DNA of 40,803 nt from a virus (IMGVR_UViG_3300048856_000136:1-40803); one strand, 5' to 3'; positions 8,911 through 16,952 are shown, numbered from the stretch's first letter. Numbers and translations: made by a program. The notes: generated by a model from the sequence alone, not told the origin.

Positions 8911-9146
8911 GCCGCTTCATTGCAGTAATCCATGGTTGGCATGTTCACAGCAATGGCTTCGATGTTCATCAGATTAACGCTACCGACAAACAAGAGGCCG
9001 CCGAAAAGGCGGCATTTCTGACAATGCAGCGCCAGGGAAAGTTTGACGAGTGCGCATATGTGCTGGTGGAGATTCAGCCGGAAGATGCCATAAAACAGCC
9101 TCGTAAACTCACCTGGCGTGAGCGCTTTACCGGGAGGGTGTCATGA
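8907..9146 (+). CDS. Hypothetical protein
   Basis: ATGA-coupled ORF, GGAGG RBS, LTWRERFTG tail common in phage small proteins. Confidence 0.7.
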   Translation: MSRFIAVIHGWHVHSNGFDVHQINATDKQEAAEKAAFLTMQRQGKFDECAYVLVEIQPEDAIKQPRKLTWRERFTGRVS

Positions 9147-9340
9147 GCAGCTATGAAACGTTAATTGGAGCCTTTGCATTCACTGCCATTTACTTTTTTG
9201 TAGCAGGCCTTGTGGCTGAGCATAGTTGTTCAAATAAATACATGGACATCAGCAGCCCGCTCCCCTCTCTTCTACGAGGGCTGGCTTGGCCGCTGGTGGC
9301 ATTTAAATATTTCGTGCTTATGTTATGGGGTGAACTGTGA
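9143..9340 (+). CDS. Small membrane protein
   Basis: Two hydrophobic segments, coupled at both ends. Confidence 0.65.
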   Translation: MSSYETLIGAFAFTAIYFFVAGLVAEHSCSNKYMDISSPLPSLLRGLAWPLVAFKYFVLMLWGEL

Positions 9341-9702
9341 AGTTAATCCTGCCGTTCCCGCCAAGCGTAAACGGCTACTGGCGGGCAACGAGTACAGGTA
9401 TGAAAATTAGCGCCTCCGGGCGCTCTTTTCGCATCAATGCCTTTGCCGCCGCTATGGAACAGCTAAAGCGCGCACCTCAGCCCATTACAGTGAACGTTGA
9501 AGTTAACGTGCTGCTGTTCCCGCCAGACAAGCGGAACCGTGACCTTGATAACTACCAGAAAGCGCTGTTCGACAGCCTGACACATGCAGGCGTATGGGTG
9601 GATGACAGGGAGATAAAGCGGTTCTCTGTAGAGTGGGGCGAGCAGACCAAAAAGGGCAAAGCACAGGTAACTATCAAGCCATTTGTAGCAGTGGCCGTAT
9701 GA
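9337..9702 (+). CDS. rusA: RusA Holliday junction resolvase
   Basis: LPFPPSVNGYWR, PPDKRNRDLDN..KALFDSL, GVWVDD. Confidence 0.93.
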   Translation: MKLILPFPPSVNGYWRATSTGMKISASGRSFRINAFAAAMEQLKRAPQPITVNVEVNVLLFPPDKRNRDLDNYQKALFDSLTHAGVWVDDREIKRFSVEWGEQTKKGKAQVTIKPFVAVAV

Positions 9703-9709
9703 GGTCCGC

Positions 9710-9743
9710 ACCTGGTTACATGAACAGTAAAAGTGGTTATAGT
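9710..9743 (+). promoter_or_regulatory. LexA (SOS) box overlapping a probable antirepressor promoter
   Basis: ACCTGGTTACATGAACAGTA (CTG-N10-CAG) at 9710-9729 and -10 TATAGT at 9738-9743. Confidence 0.6.
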
Positions 9744-9849
9744 AAAAGGGCTTACTGGCGAATTGCAGTCGCCACAGGCAAAGGTTGGTCCCGTTCATTT
9801 GCAGATGATGGGGCGGGACCGGTTAAAAACAGTGTGTGGAGAAGAGAAC

Positions 9850-10734
9850 ATGCCAAATCAGGCAATGGGCGTAGCTACGCCTGCATCAAACTCAGTAATC
9901 CTTTCATCAAGCACCTCATTAAGCGTGCCTGTCGTCATGTACCGAGAGCAGCGGGTGATCACTACTGACCTTCTCGCTAAAGGTTATGGTGCCGATTCAA
10001 AAAGTATTCACATGAACCTCATGAGAAATGGCACTCGCTTCGAAGAGGGGCGTCACTATTTCATGCTTAAGGGCGACCAGCTCCGTGACTTTAAGAACCT
10101 ACCCACTGTTAGTGGTGTGGTTGATAAGCGCACAAGTCAGCTTATTCTCTGGACCGAGAAGGGCGCAGCCCGAATGTCAAAGATCGTCGATACGGACGAG
10201 GCATGGTCATTCTACGAAAAGCTTGAGGAAAGCTACTTCAGCCTGCGTGAAGTCCATGGCGTGATGCTGCCTGATATCTCTGACCCGATTAAGCTGGCTC
10301 GTGCATGGGCTGATGCAATGGAAGCCAAACAACAGGCAGAAGTGCTGACTCACCGACAGGCCCAGTATATCGATCACCTTGAGAACCTGTTCAGTGATGG
10401 CCTGTCACCCGTTCAGTTCTGCAAGCGCCTGAACGGTGTCAATACCAGCAAGATAAGCGCCTGGCTTCAGGATGCAAACTGGCTCTATGACGATAACCCT
10501 AATGGCAATCATGCGCAGTGGCGTGTTCGTTCTCAGGCCCGTGATAAATACCTGACAGAGAAAAGCAGCAAGATTAACCCAACGTCAGCGGCAAGCTTCA
10601 CTACTCACCAGCCGGTACTGCTTCGTGATGGCGCTGTCTGGCTTTACCGGAAGTACCTCAAAGGCCAGATGCCAATGAAAAAGTCATGGAATGGGGAGTA
10701 CACCCACGACAAAGAGCTGGCAGGTAACGCATGA
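9850..10734 (+). CDS. Phage antirepressor (ORF6N domain + Ant/KilAC-type C-terminus)
   Basis: RVITTDLLAKGYG..RFEEGRHYF..LILWTEKGAARMSKIVDTDEAW, then LARAWAD. ATG 9850 follows GTGTGTGGAG. Confidence 0.85.
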   Translation: MPNQAMGVATPASNSVILSSSTSLSVPVVMYREQRVITTDLLAKGYGADSKSIHMNLMRNGTRFEEGRHYFMLKGDQLRDFKNLPTVSGVVDKRTSQLILWTEKGAARMSKIVDTDEAWSFYEKLEESYFSLREVHGVMLPDISDPIKLARAWADAMEAKQQAEVLTHRQAQYIDHLENLFSDGLSPVQFCKRLNGVNTSKISAWLQDANWLYDDNPNGNHAQWRVRSQARDKYLTEKSSKINPTSAASFTTHQPVLLRDGAVWLYRKYLKGQMPMKKSWNGEYTHDKELAGNA

Positions 10735-11747
10735 GAGCACTGCTTACACCTGAAATCGCACCGCGTACAGGGATTGTGCTGCTTAAGCCAGGCTCAGACT
10801 TGCTTCACCTGTTCCGTAACCGCGTTCTGGTCTGCACACCGACACCTGACATGGAAGACCTGCCATCCGGTCGCATCAATGACGGCACACAGCCATTGCT
10901 GGACGAAACCTCGTTAGAGCCTTTCTTTAGCCATGAACGCGTAATTAAAGCTGCTGGTGGGATGAATGCACTAGCGGCTTTCGTCCGTACGTTTGAGTGT
11001 TGTCAGCTGCATGATGCGAAAACATGGCATCACCACGAATATACGCTGCTTGAGACTGAAATCGGCCTGGTGTCATTGTGTTATAGCCATGATAATGAAC
11101 TCCGGGAAAACGGCATTCCGCTGTCAGTTGAAAGCATAGCTAAAAGCAATATGGCGCTATGGATCATCAGAACCGCCAGTTATGAACTGGGCCTGACGGG
11201 TGAGCATCATTTAACGCTGCCTGAACTGTGCTGGTGGGCATCCCTGAATGACGTAATCGACCTGATACCGGAGGCACCGGCAAGGCGCGTTCTCCGCATG
11301 CCAAAGGACAAAGCAGGCACCGGCACGCTCAAAGAGTCTTTCATCGCACCAGAGCGACGTGCAACCGAAGTAATTCAGGATGCTGCGCTGGTGGTCAAAA
11401 AGATAATCAGCCTTCACGCCGATCCTGAGTCGCCGGAATCATTCATGAAACGCCCCAGGCGTAAGCGCTGGGAAAGTACGACGTATACGCGGTGGGTTAA
11501 GTCACAGAAGTGCGCATGCTGCGGCACGCAGGCAGACGACCCGCATCACATCATCGGACACGGGCAGGGAGGAATGGGTACCAAGGCGCATGATTTATTT
11601 GTGATACCGCTATGCAGAGCGCATCACGATGAACTGCACCGGGATATGAAAGCGTTTGAAGAAAAATTTGGCAGTCAGATTGAACTGCTGTTCAGGTTCC
11701 TCGATCACGCGATTGCAGTCGGTGTGATTGGGACAGACAAAAAATAA
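10731..11747 (+). CDS. DUF968/YdfU-family protein (C-terminal HNH-like Zn motif)
   Basis: MRALLTPEIA start and CACCG..ADDPHHIIGHGQGGMGTKAHDLFVIPLCRAHH. Confidence 0.88.
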   Translation: MRALLTPEIAPRTGIVLLKPGSDLLHLFRNRVLVCTPTPDMEDLPSGRINDGTQPLLDETSLEPFFSHERVIKAAGGMNALAAFVRTFECCQLHDAKTWHHHEYTLLETEIGLVSLCYSHDNELRENGIPLSVESIAKSNMALWIIRTASYELGLTGEHHLTLPELCWWASLNDVIDLIPEAPARRVLRMPKDKAGTGTLKESFIAPERRATEVIQDAALVVKKIISLHADPESPESFMKRPRRKRWESTTYTRWVKSQKCACCGTQADDPHHIIGHGQGGMGTKAHDLFVIPLCRAHHDELHRDMKAFEEKFGSQIELLFRFLDHAIAVGVIGTDKK

Positions 11748-11768
11748 AGTGTGTGGAGAGGATTAACT

Positions 11769-12185
11769 ATGCGTGACATGTCACAGGTATTAGAGCGTTG
11801 GGGTGTATGGGCAGCAAGCGGCAAGACGAACGTTGGCTATCCACGTATTGCTGCGGGGCTTTCACGGTTACTTCCAGCCAGCCGGGCCGGTAAGCCTTCC
11901 TGCTGCGATGATGACGGTATGTTCATCAACGAGGCCATGATACGGCTCTGTAAGAGCGATGAGCACCTTTGTGCACTGGTTGAGTGGTACTACATCGACA
12001 GACTGCCGTTACGGGCACTGGAAAAGAAATGCGGGGTCTCTTACAACACGGTTTCCCTGCGTATTCAGAAAGCAGAAAGCTTTATTGATGGTTGTCTCAG
12101 TGCGCTGAATATCACCCTTGAAATGGATCGTGAGTGCAAAAAAGAAAATATCGTCACGCCATTGATGAAAAGGGTTGTGTCATGA
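11769..12185 (+). CDS. Q: Late antiterminator Q
   Basis: MRDMSQVLERWGVWA..SCCDDDG..AESFIDGCL. Located before pR' and the lysis genes. Confidence 0.9.
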   Translation: MRDMSQVLERWGVWAASGKTNVGYPRIAAGLSRLLPASRAGKPSCCDDDGMFINEAMIRLCKSDEHLCALVEWYYIDRLPLRALEKKCGVSYNTVSLRIQKAESFIDGCLSALNITLEMDRECKKENIVTPLMKRVVS

Positions 12186-12212
12186 CAAAACCGGCTTTAA
12201 TCTGCTATGAGT
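12175..12212 (+). promoter_or_regulatory. Late promoter pR'
   Basis: TTGTGT-17-TAATCT at the end of Q, followed by a -10-like pause element TATGAG. Confidence 0.6.
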
Positions 12213-12241
12213 TGTCACTACGCACTGACACATAACATTCG

Positions 12242-12269
12242 AAACCTCGCCTATCGGCGGGGTTTTTTT
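12242..12269 (+). terminator. tR' terminator
   Basis: CCTCGCC/GGCGGGG stem followed by T7. Confidence 0.85.
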
Positions 12270-12333
12270 ATGCCTCAATGTTTTCAGAATTTGTCAGGAG
12301 TTACTGAAAATAAATTTATGTTAATTTTTTTCA

Positions 12334-12455
12334 GTTGCTGCTAATCCCCCTAAGCGGCGGGGTGTAAATGGTCTTCATAGCTAACGCTGTGGGTAATCTT
12401 GCACAAGCCATATTGATCATTGTGTGGCTTACCGGGAGGCACCCGGGGCGGCAAC
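12334..12455 (+). ncRNA. C4/CI-like structured RNA (copy 2)
   Basis: GTTGCTGC/GCGGCAAC closing stem, AATCCCC..GGGG hairpin, and the same CCGGGAGGCACCCGG hairpin as copy 1. Confidence 0.55.
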
Positions 12456-12646
12456 TTTAACTCAGCTATGCCCTCTGAATTTTCATAATCATGGGAATTT
12501 AAGGCATGGCTGAGTTAAGCAAACTTAATTTTAATCTTTCCTAAAAGATGATTTGAACCCTGTTGCCGATGGGCAAGGTAGTTACCGCTATAGCGTCAGG
12601 TTATTTTTTCGGAAAGATGGAAAGCAGAAGTTTGTTCAGGAAAATT

Positions 12647-12716
12647 TACGGGCAGCAGGACTTGAACCTGCATCTGCAACCTGTTGGTTGTAGTAATACC
12701 TTTATACCACGCCCGT
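12647..12716 (-). pseudogene. tRNA-like element / pseudo-tRNA
   Basis: Acceptor ACGGGCG/TGCCCGT and perfect T arm GCAGG-TTCAAGT-CCTGC. Aberrant 6-nt anticodon loop, no CCA. Confidence 0.6.
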
Positions 12717-12758
12717 ATTGTTACAAATATCACGTAACGAAAACCCACCTTTATTTCA

Positions 12759-12926
12759 TTAACGATACAGCCAGCTTAGATTAATTTTAACAATAGAGGC
12801 TGGTTTTAATGGCGCTCTGCATCGCCCGCATATTGCTCCATGTCTGGTTCGGTTCGCTTTGCTGTAAGTGGAAAAGATGAATATTTTGCATCCGCACCCC
12901 TGGCAGCGGAGTTCGACCTGATTCAT
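12759..12926 (-). CDS. 55-aa zinc-ribbon protein (moron, not in ORF track)
   Basis: GGAGG RBS. MNQVELRCQGCGCKIF...GAICGRCRAPL...LYR* with two CxxC pairs. Confidence 0.7.
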   Translation of the reverse strand: MNQVELRCQGCGCKIFIFSTYSKANRTRHGAICGRCRAPLKPASIVKINLSWLYR

Positions 12927-13083
12927 AGACCCTCCGCCTGAGTCGTGTTACATGAAGAACACTAAGCATGGCAGGTATATCTGAGGCAGCAAGCTTAAGC
13001 CGTAACCTAAGTCAAATTTCTCGCCTTCCTTATTGCAGGTGAAATAAGCATTAAAGGTTCATATCTTTGGGTTCAAGAGTTGC

Positions 13084-13183
13084 AAAAAAAATCCCGCGCT
13101 CTACAGGGTGGGTGAGAGGTGGCGGGAAAAGAGTTCAAGTTTCGTTTCATAAGTCATCCTCTGAGATGACAGACCTACTTTAG
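13084..13183 (-). ncRNA. Candidate sRNA unit
   Basis: -10 CTAAAGT, 5' hairpin GTCATC-TCAGAG-GATGAC, terminator TCCCGC..GCGGGA + T8. Confidence 0.4.
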
Positions 13184-13243
13184 TAGGCTAGAGATATATC
13201 TTTTCGCAAATAATGCTAGTTAATTCAGCATAGTAAAATTCAC

Positions 13244-13269
13244 AAAGGCTCACTTCGGTGGGCCTTTTT
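13244..13269 (+). terminator. Terminator upstream of the holin
   Basis: AGGCTCAC-TTCG-GTGGGCCT followed by a T run. Confidence 0.8.
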
Positions 13270-13375
13270 CGTTTTTGCGCACGCCAAACAGTCTCCACAC
13301 ACACTTTTGACACCGTGGCGTTGCGCAACTTTTATAAGACTACAAACAGCACCGACCGTTATCACGGAGGTGACC

Positions 13376-13624
13376 ATGAGTATCGATATGAGCAAACTTG
13401 CATCTGGCGTAGCCTACGGCGCGTCTGCCGGAACGGTGGCCAACGGGTTGCTCACCCGATTAAGCCCCGATGAGTGGAGTGCTGTTGGTGTTATCGCCGG
13501 TATCGTTGTCGCGTTACTGACATTCGCTATCAATTTTTACTTCAAACGCAAAGTCTCTCTGGCGCAGATAAAGGCGCTGGAAGAACGCGGCTACATACCG
13601 TCTGAAAAACTCGGTGAGGAATAA
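13376..13624 (+). CDS. S: Phage 21-type pinholin, probable dual start (M1/M5)
   Basis: MSIDMSKLASGVAYGASAG..LSPDEWSAVGVIAGI..INFYFK. GGAGG RBS. Confidence 0.9.
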   Translation: MSIDMSKLASGVAYGASAGTVANGLLTRLSPDEWSAVGVIAGIVVALLTFAINFYFKRKVSLAQIKALEERGYIPSEKLGEE

Positions 13625-13626
13625 GC

Positions 13627-14139
13627 ATGGCTATGTCAGCAAGTCTGCGCAATAAACTGATTGCCGCAGCGGGTGGCGGCTCCATGCTTATCGCTACGTT
13701 ATTTCTCGGCGGTAAAGATGGTGTCGAAGGGCGTGTGTACGAACCTTATAAAGATGTCGCTGGCGTGTGGACTGTCTGTGATGGGCATACGGGCAATGAC
13801 ATCATCAAAGGTAAAAAGTATACCGACCGCGAATGCGATCGCCTGATGTGGAATGACCTGCAACCGGTAAAGAAAGCCGTAGACGGAATGGTTAAAGTGC
13901 CGCTCGGCGAATATCAGCGCGCCGCGCTCTACAGCTTCACCTATAACGTTGGCACAGGTGCTTTCTCGAAATCTTCACTTCTGAAAAAGCTTAACGCCGG
14001 TAACGTCGATGGTGCCTGTGAAGAGCTGCGCCGCTGGATTTACGCAGGCGGGCAGAAGTGGCGCGGACTGATGAACCGCCGCGATATGGAGCGCACCATG
14101 TGCCTGGCGGAGAGCGTAGATGATTTGGCTGGCAAGTAA
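13627..14139 (+). CDS. R: SAR endolysin (GH24 lysozyme)
   Basis: Gly/Ala-rich N-terminal SAR segment and the E-8-D-5-T triad (EGRVYEPYKDVAGVWT). Confidence 0.93.
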   Translation: MAMSASLRNKLIAAAGGGSMLIATLFLGGKDGVEGRVYEPYKDVAGVWTVCDGHTGNDIIKGKKYTDRECDRLMWNDLQPVKKAVDGMVKVPLGEYQRAALYSFTYNVGTGAFSKSSLLKKLNAGNVDGACEELRRWIYAGGQKWRGLMNRRDMERTMCLAESVDDLAGK

Positions 14140-14572
14140 CTGGCGCGCACTGTTGTGGTTTCTCCTCTGTCTCTGTGTTGCAGTGTTTGCTTCGGTAGCT
14201 AACTACTACCACAGCAAATACGAAGCAGCAGACAGCCTGGCGGAAACGAGACAGGAAACTATCAATGACATGCAGCGTCGCCAGCAAAGCGTTGCTGCGC
14301 TCGATGCCAAATACACACAGGAGCTGGCTGATGCTAAAGCCACTATCGATCAGCTGCATGATGATGTTGCTACTGGTAAGCGCCGGTTGCAGCTCAACGC
14401 CACCTGCCAGAAAAAGTCCTCCACCGGAGCCGCCAGCGTGGATGATGCAGCCAGCGCCAGACTTACTGACGCCGCTCAGCGGAATTATTTCACCCTCAGA
14501 GAGCGAATCGAAACAGCCGGAAAGCAAATAGCCGGGTTGCAAGAATATATCAATGAGCAATGTCTAAATTAA
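14120..14572 (+). CDS. Rz: i-spanin Rz
   Basis: N-terminal TM, AALDAKYTQELADAK, QIAGLQEYINEQC. Confidence 0.92.
   Translation: MIWLASNWRALLWFLLCLCVAVFASVANYYHSKYEAADSLAETRQETINDMQRRQQSVAALDAKYTQELADAKATIDQLHDDVATGKRRLQLNATCQKKSSTGAASVDDAASARLTDAAQRNYFTLRERIETAGKQIAGLQEYINEQCLN
14331..14531 (+). CDS. Rz1: o-spanin Rz1 lipoprotein embedded in Rz
   Basis: +1 frame, lipobox VSAGC, Pro-rich PPPEPPAWMMQPAPD. Confidence 0.88.
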   Translation: MLKPLSISCMMMLLLVSAGCSSTPPARKSPPPEPPAWMMQPAPDLLTPLSGIISPSESESKQPESK

Positions 14573-14584
14573 GCAGAGGAAGGT

Positions 14585-14821
14585 ATGAGCGAAGCAAAGC
14601 CGCAGGATGGCAGTACCGTAAAGGGGTATCGAACATTAACGCCTGGCGATATTGAAGTGATGAACCGACTGAAAGAGGTAAGCCGCCACTTTCTCAATCT
14701 GCTGGATACGTCAAAAGAAACCGGTGCAGACCCGCGCTGGATTGCCATGGCTAAAACGGAGATGCAGAAAGCTTGCATGTTCGCCTGTCGTGCAGTGGCT
14801 CAGCCAGATGACGATTGCTGA
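14585..14821 (+). CDS. acb2: Acb2/Tad1-family cyclic-nucleotide sponge (anti-CBASS)
   Basis: KGYRTL..DIEVMNRLKE and RWIAMAKTEMQKACMFACRAVAQP match Acb2 motifs. Confidence 0.8.
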   Translation: MSEAKPQDGSTVKGYRTLTPGDIEVMNRLKEVSRHFLNLLDTSKETGADPRWIAMAKTEMQKACMFACRAVAQPDDDC

Positions 14822-14858
14822 TCATCACAAGGCGCATTTACTAGTATGCCTGATGATG

Positions 14859-14955
14859 AAAAAAGCGGCCCATCCGTGGGCCAAGGACATGGTAGGAGTT
14901 CTTTATGGTTTTAGGTTTTACATAAAATAAATTAGCTAACGCTCAGGCGACAACA
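14859..14955 (-). ncRNA. Candidate sRNA unit
   Basis: Minus-strand terminator GGCCCA/TGGGCC + T6. Shares motifs with the array unit at 39225-39330. Confidence 0.4.
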
Positions 14956-15074
14956 AGCATAAGCGGCTGCTTTTTTTATGCGATTAAGAATTCTCCGACA
15001 AGGGATACGGTTAGCCACGCTTTGAAGCGTCGCGGAGCTGGTATAATCGCACCTCAATAAAAAAGAGGTGGTTT

Positions 15075-15308
15075 ATGTTAGATCCTAAGCCGTGCTTTAT
15101 GGTGCTTGCCTATGATTCAAATGATATGCCAGGAAATTGCAAAGATATTATGGGCTACGCCCGTAACACAGAAGAAGTCGAAAGGCTTATACATACAGCT
15201 AAAAATAACGCGCTTTATTCGTATGACCACATTGAAACTGTCGATGCTCATTTGGACAAAGTCTTAATAACCATTCGTCGGAACAAAGATCAAGAATGGC
15301 ATTCATAA
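15075..15308 (+). CDS. Moron hypothetical protein
   Basis: Own extended -10 TGGTATAAT (~15040), GAGG RBS, terminator 15338-15359. Confidence 0.7.
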   Translation: MLDPKPCFMVLAYDSNDMPGNCKDIMGYARNTEEVERLIHTAKNNALYSYDHIETVDAHLDKVLITIRRNKDQEWHS

Positions 15309-15365
15309 AGATCACAAAATGAATGTGATGTCAGACTAACCGCCTCCGGGCGGTTTTTTATTGGA

Positions 15366-15605
15366 GTGAATATGACATATCAAACCGAACAGCAACGTAA
15401 GCGCCAGCGTGAGGAAGAAGAACGCCGCCGCCGTCATCAAAGCAACACTGGCTCAAGCAGCGACCTTATAAACCCGCTAAACCCAATCAGCCCTATTTAC
15501 GTCGGTAACGACTACAGCAGCAGCTCAAGCAGCTCCGATTCATGCAGTGGCGGCTATGACTCAGGCAGTTCGTCCGACAGTGGCGGCAGTTGCAGTAGCG
15601 ATTAA
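15366..15605 (+). CDS. Low-complexity hypothetical protein
   Basis: Arg/Glu-rich N-terminus, Ser/Gly/Asp-rich C-terminus, GGAG RBS, terminator 15610-15636. Confidence 0.6.
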   Translation: MNMTYQTEQQRKRQREEEERRRRHQSNTGSSSDLINPLNPISPIYVGNDYSSSSSSSDSCSGGYDSGSSSDSGGSCSSD

Positions 15606-15750
15606 CACAGGCCGCCTTTCAGGGCGGTTTTATTTTGTTCTGAAAACTGCATTCACTGAGTTCAATTTTCAGCATAAACACAATGAATCATCGGCTGGTG
15701 GTCTCACCATTGCCGAGGGTTAAACACATCCAACTAGCAGGAAACTCTGA

Positions 15751-16389
15751 ATGACTATCTCTGCACGCATTGTTAAGGCAATTGTGACGTTACCAATTCT
15801 CGGAACTGTCAGCCGTGACGAACACGGCGAAGTCATAAAGCGCGGCGAGAAATACCTTATCAAGGTCTATGCTGCCAAACCTGACTGGAAAGAGAAGAAG
15901 TCTTTCCGCGACATGCTGTACGTAGGCGCGCTGAGTGGGCAGGGTTACACAGAATCACCATACAAGCGAGCTCTGGATGCGGTCCTTCCTGAAGGTCATG
16001 AGCTGGTGGCGCTGAGATTTGACGATCTGGGCATACCCTGCTGGGAAGGCTTACCAATTCACATTAACCAGTGGTTCACTGGTGAAGGATGGATGCTCGT
16101 TAAAGAAGGGCAGATTTTCATTAATGACGCATTAATTCAGCCTGGCGCAATCCAAAGTTACAGCATGACTATTGGCGTTAACACTGTCAAGACTACCGCT
16201 GATAAGGTGCGAGAAATCGTTTTGAGGTATCTGAATGGCGAAGCTACAGAGTACAACGTGGTTGATGACCTATGCGCTCTGGTTAAGCAGGAAAATGAAT
16301 ACACAAAGCTTTCAGCTCTAATCAGCGAACAAATCCGAAATCGTATTAAGCAAGAACAGCAGCCGGGCGGATTGCTTCACAAACGATAA
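15751..16389 (+). CDS. Hypothetical protein containing a J-like (DUF1983-like) segment
   Basis: GQIFINDALI resembles GQVFISQAFI in J. Terminator 16388-16410. Confidence 0.65.
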   Translation: MTISARIVKAIVTLPILGTVSRDEHGEVIKRGEKYLIKVYAAKPDWKEKKSFRDMLYVGALSGQGYTESPYKRALDAVLPEGHELVALRFDDLGIPCWEGLPIHINQWFTGEGWMLVKEGQIFINDALIQPGAIQSYSMTIGVNTVKTTADKVREIVLRYLNGEATEYNVVDDLCALVKQENEYTKLSALISEQIRNRIKQEQQPGGLLHKR

Positions 16390-16422
16390 CCTCCTTCGGG
16401 AGGTTTTTTTATTGGAGTCGGT

Positions 16423-16773
16423 ATGCCATCAGCTATCCCTCGCGCATGCCGGAAGCTTGGCTGCGGTAAGACAACAACCGATCGTTCTGGATACTGTGAG
16501 GCTCACCGCAATGAAGGCTGGCAACAGCATCAGCGTGGACAGAGCCGTCATCAGCGTGGATACGGGAGCAAGTGGGACGTTTTCCGTGCCCGCATCCTTC
16601 AGCGTGACAGACATATCTGCCAGCAGTGCATGAAGAACGGCAGGCCGGTACCAGCATCGACAGTCGACCACATCAAACCCAAAGCCCATGGCGGCACCGA
16701 TGAAGACAGTAACCTTCAGGCGTTGTGCTGGCCATGTCACCGAGCCAAGACAGCAACGGAGAGAACCAAGTGA
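16423..16773 (+). CDS. Terminase-associated HNH endonuclease
   Basis: CQQC..VDHIKPKAHGGTDEDSNLQALCWPCH, just before cos. Confidence 0.92.
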   Translation: MPSAIPRACRKLGCGKTTTDRSGYCEAHRNEGWQQHQRGQSRHQRGYGSKWDVFRARILQRDRHICQQCMKNGRPVPASTVDHIKPKAHGGTDEDSNLQALCWPCHRAKTATERTK

Positions 16774-16952
16774 ATCATGATCAGCAAACCTTAATGATGT
16801 TCAAAGGACTAATTGCATCGATGTCAGAAGAGCAGCAGGGGAAGGTTAAAGAGGCTGAAGAGAAGTTGCGTGCTGTGCTGAGCCAGTACCCGGAAGGAGA
16901 AGCAGTGGTGGCGTTCGGTTTGATTGGCGCGCAACTCCAGTTGGAAGGATGA
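16770..16952 (+). CDS. Hypothetical protein
   Basis: GTGA-coupled to the HNH gene, GGAG RBS. Confidence 0.6.
   Translation: MNHDQQTLMMFKGLIASMSEEQQGKVKEAEEKLRAVLSQYPEGEAVVAFGLIGAQLQLEG

Noticed and set aside
12647-12716. Functional tRNA gene
   Set aside because: 6-nt anticodon loop, mismatched stem and no CCA; anticodon not assignable.
12563-12784. 73-aa + strand ORF
   Set aside because: TTG start, no RBS, antisense to the tRNA-like element.
12787-12969. 60-aa ORF from the track
   Set aside because: The alternative frame 12759..12926 has a GGAGG RBS and paired CxxC motifs.
15366-15605. N-like antiterminator, from its Arg-rich N-terminus
   Set aside because: Late-region location and low-complexity body; no boxB found.
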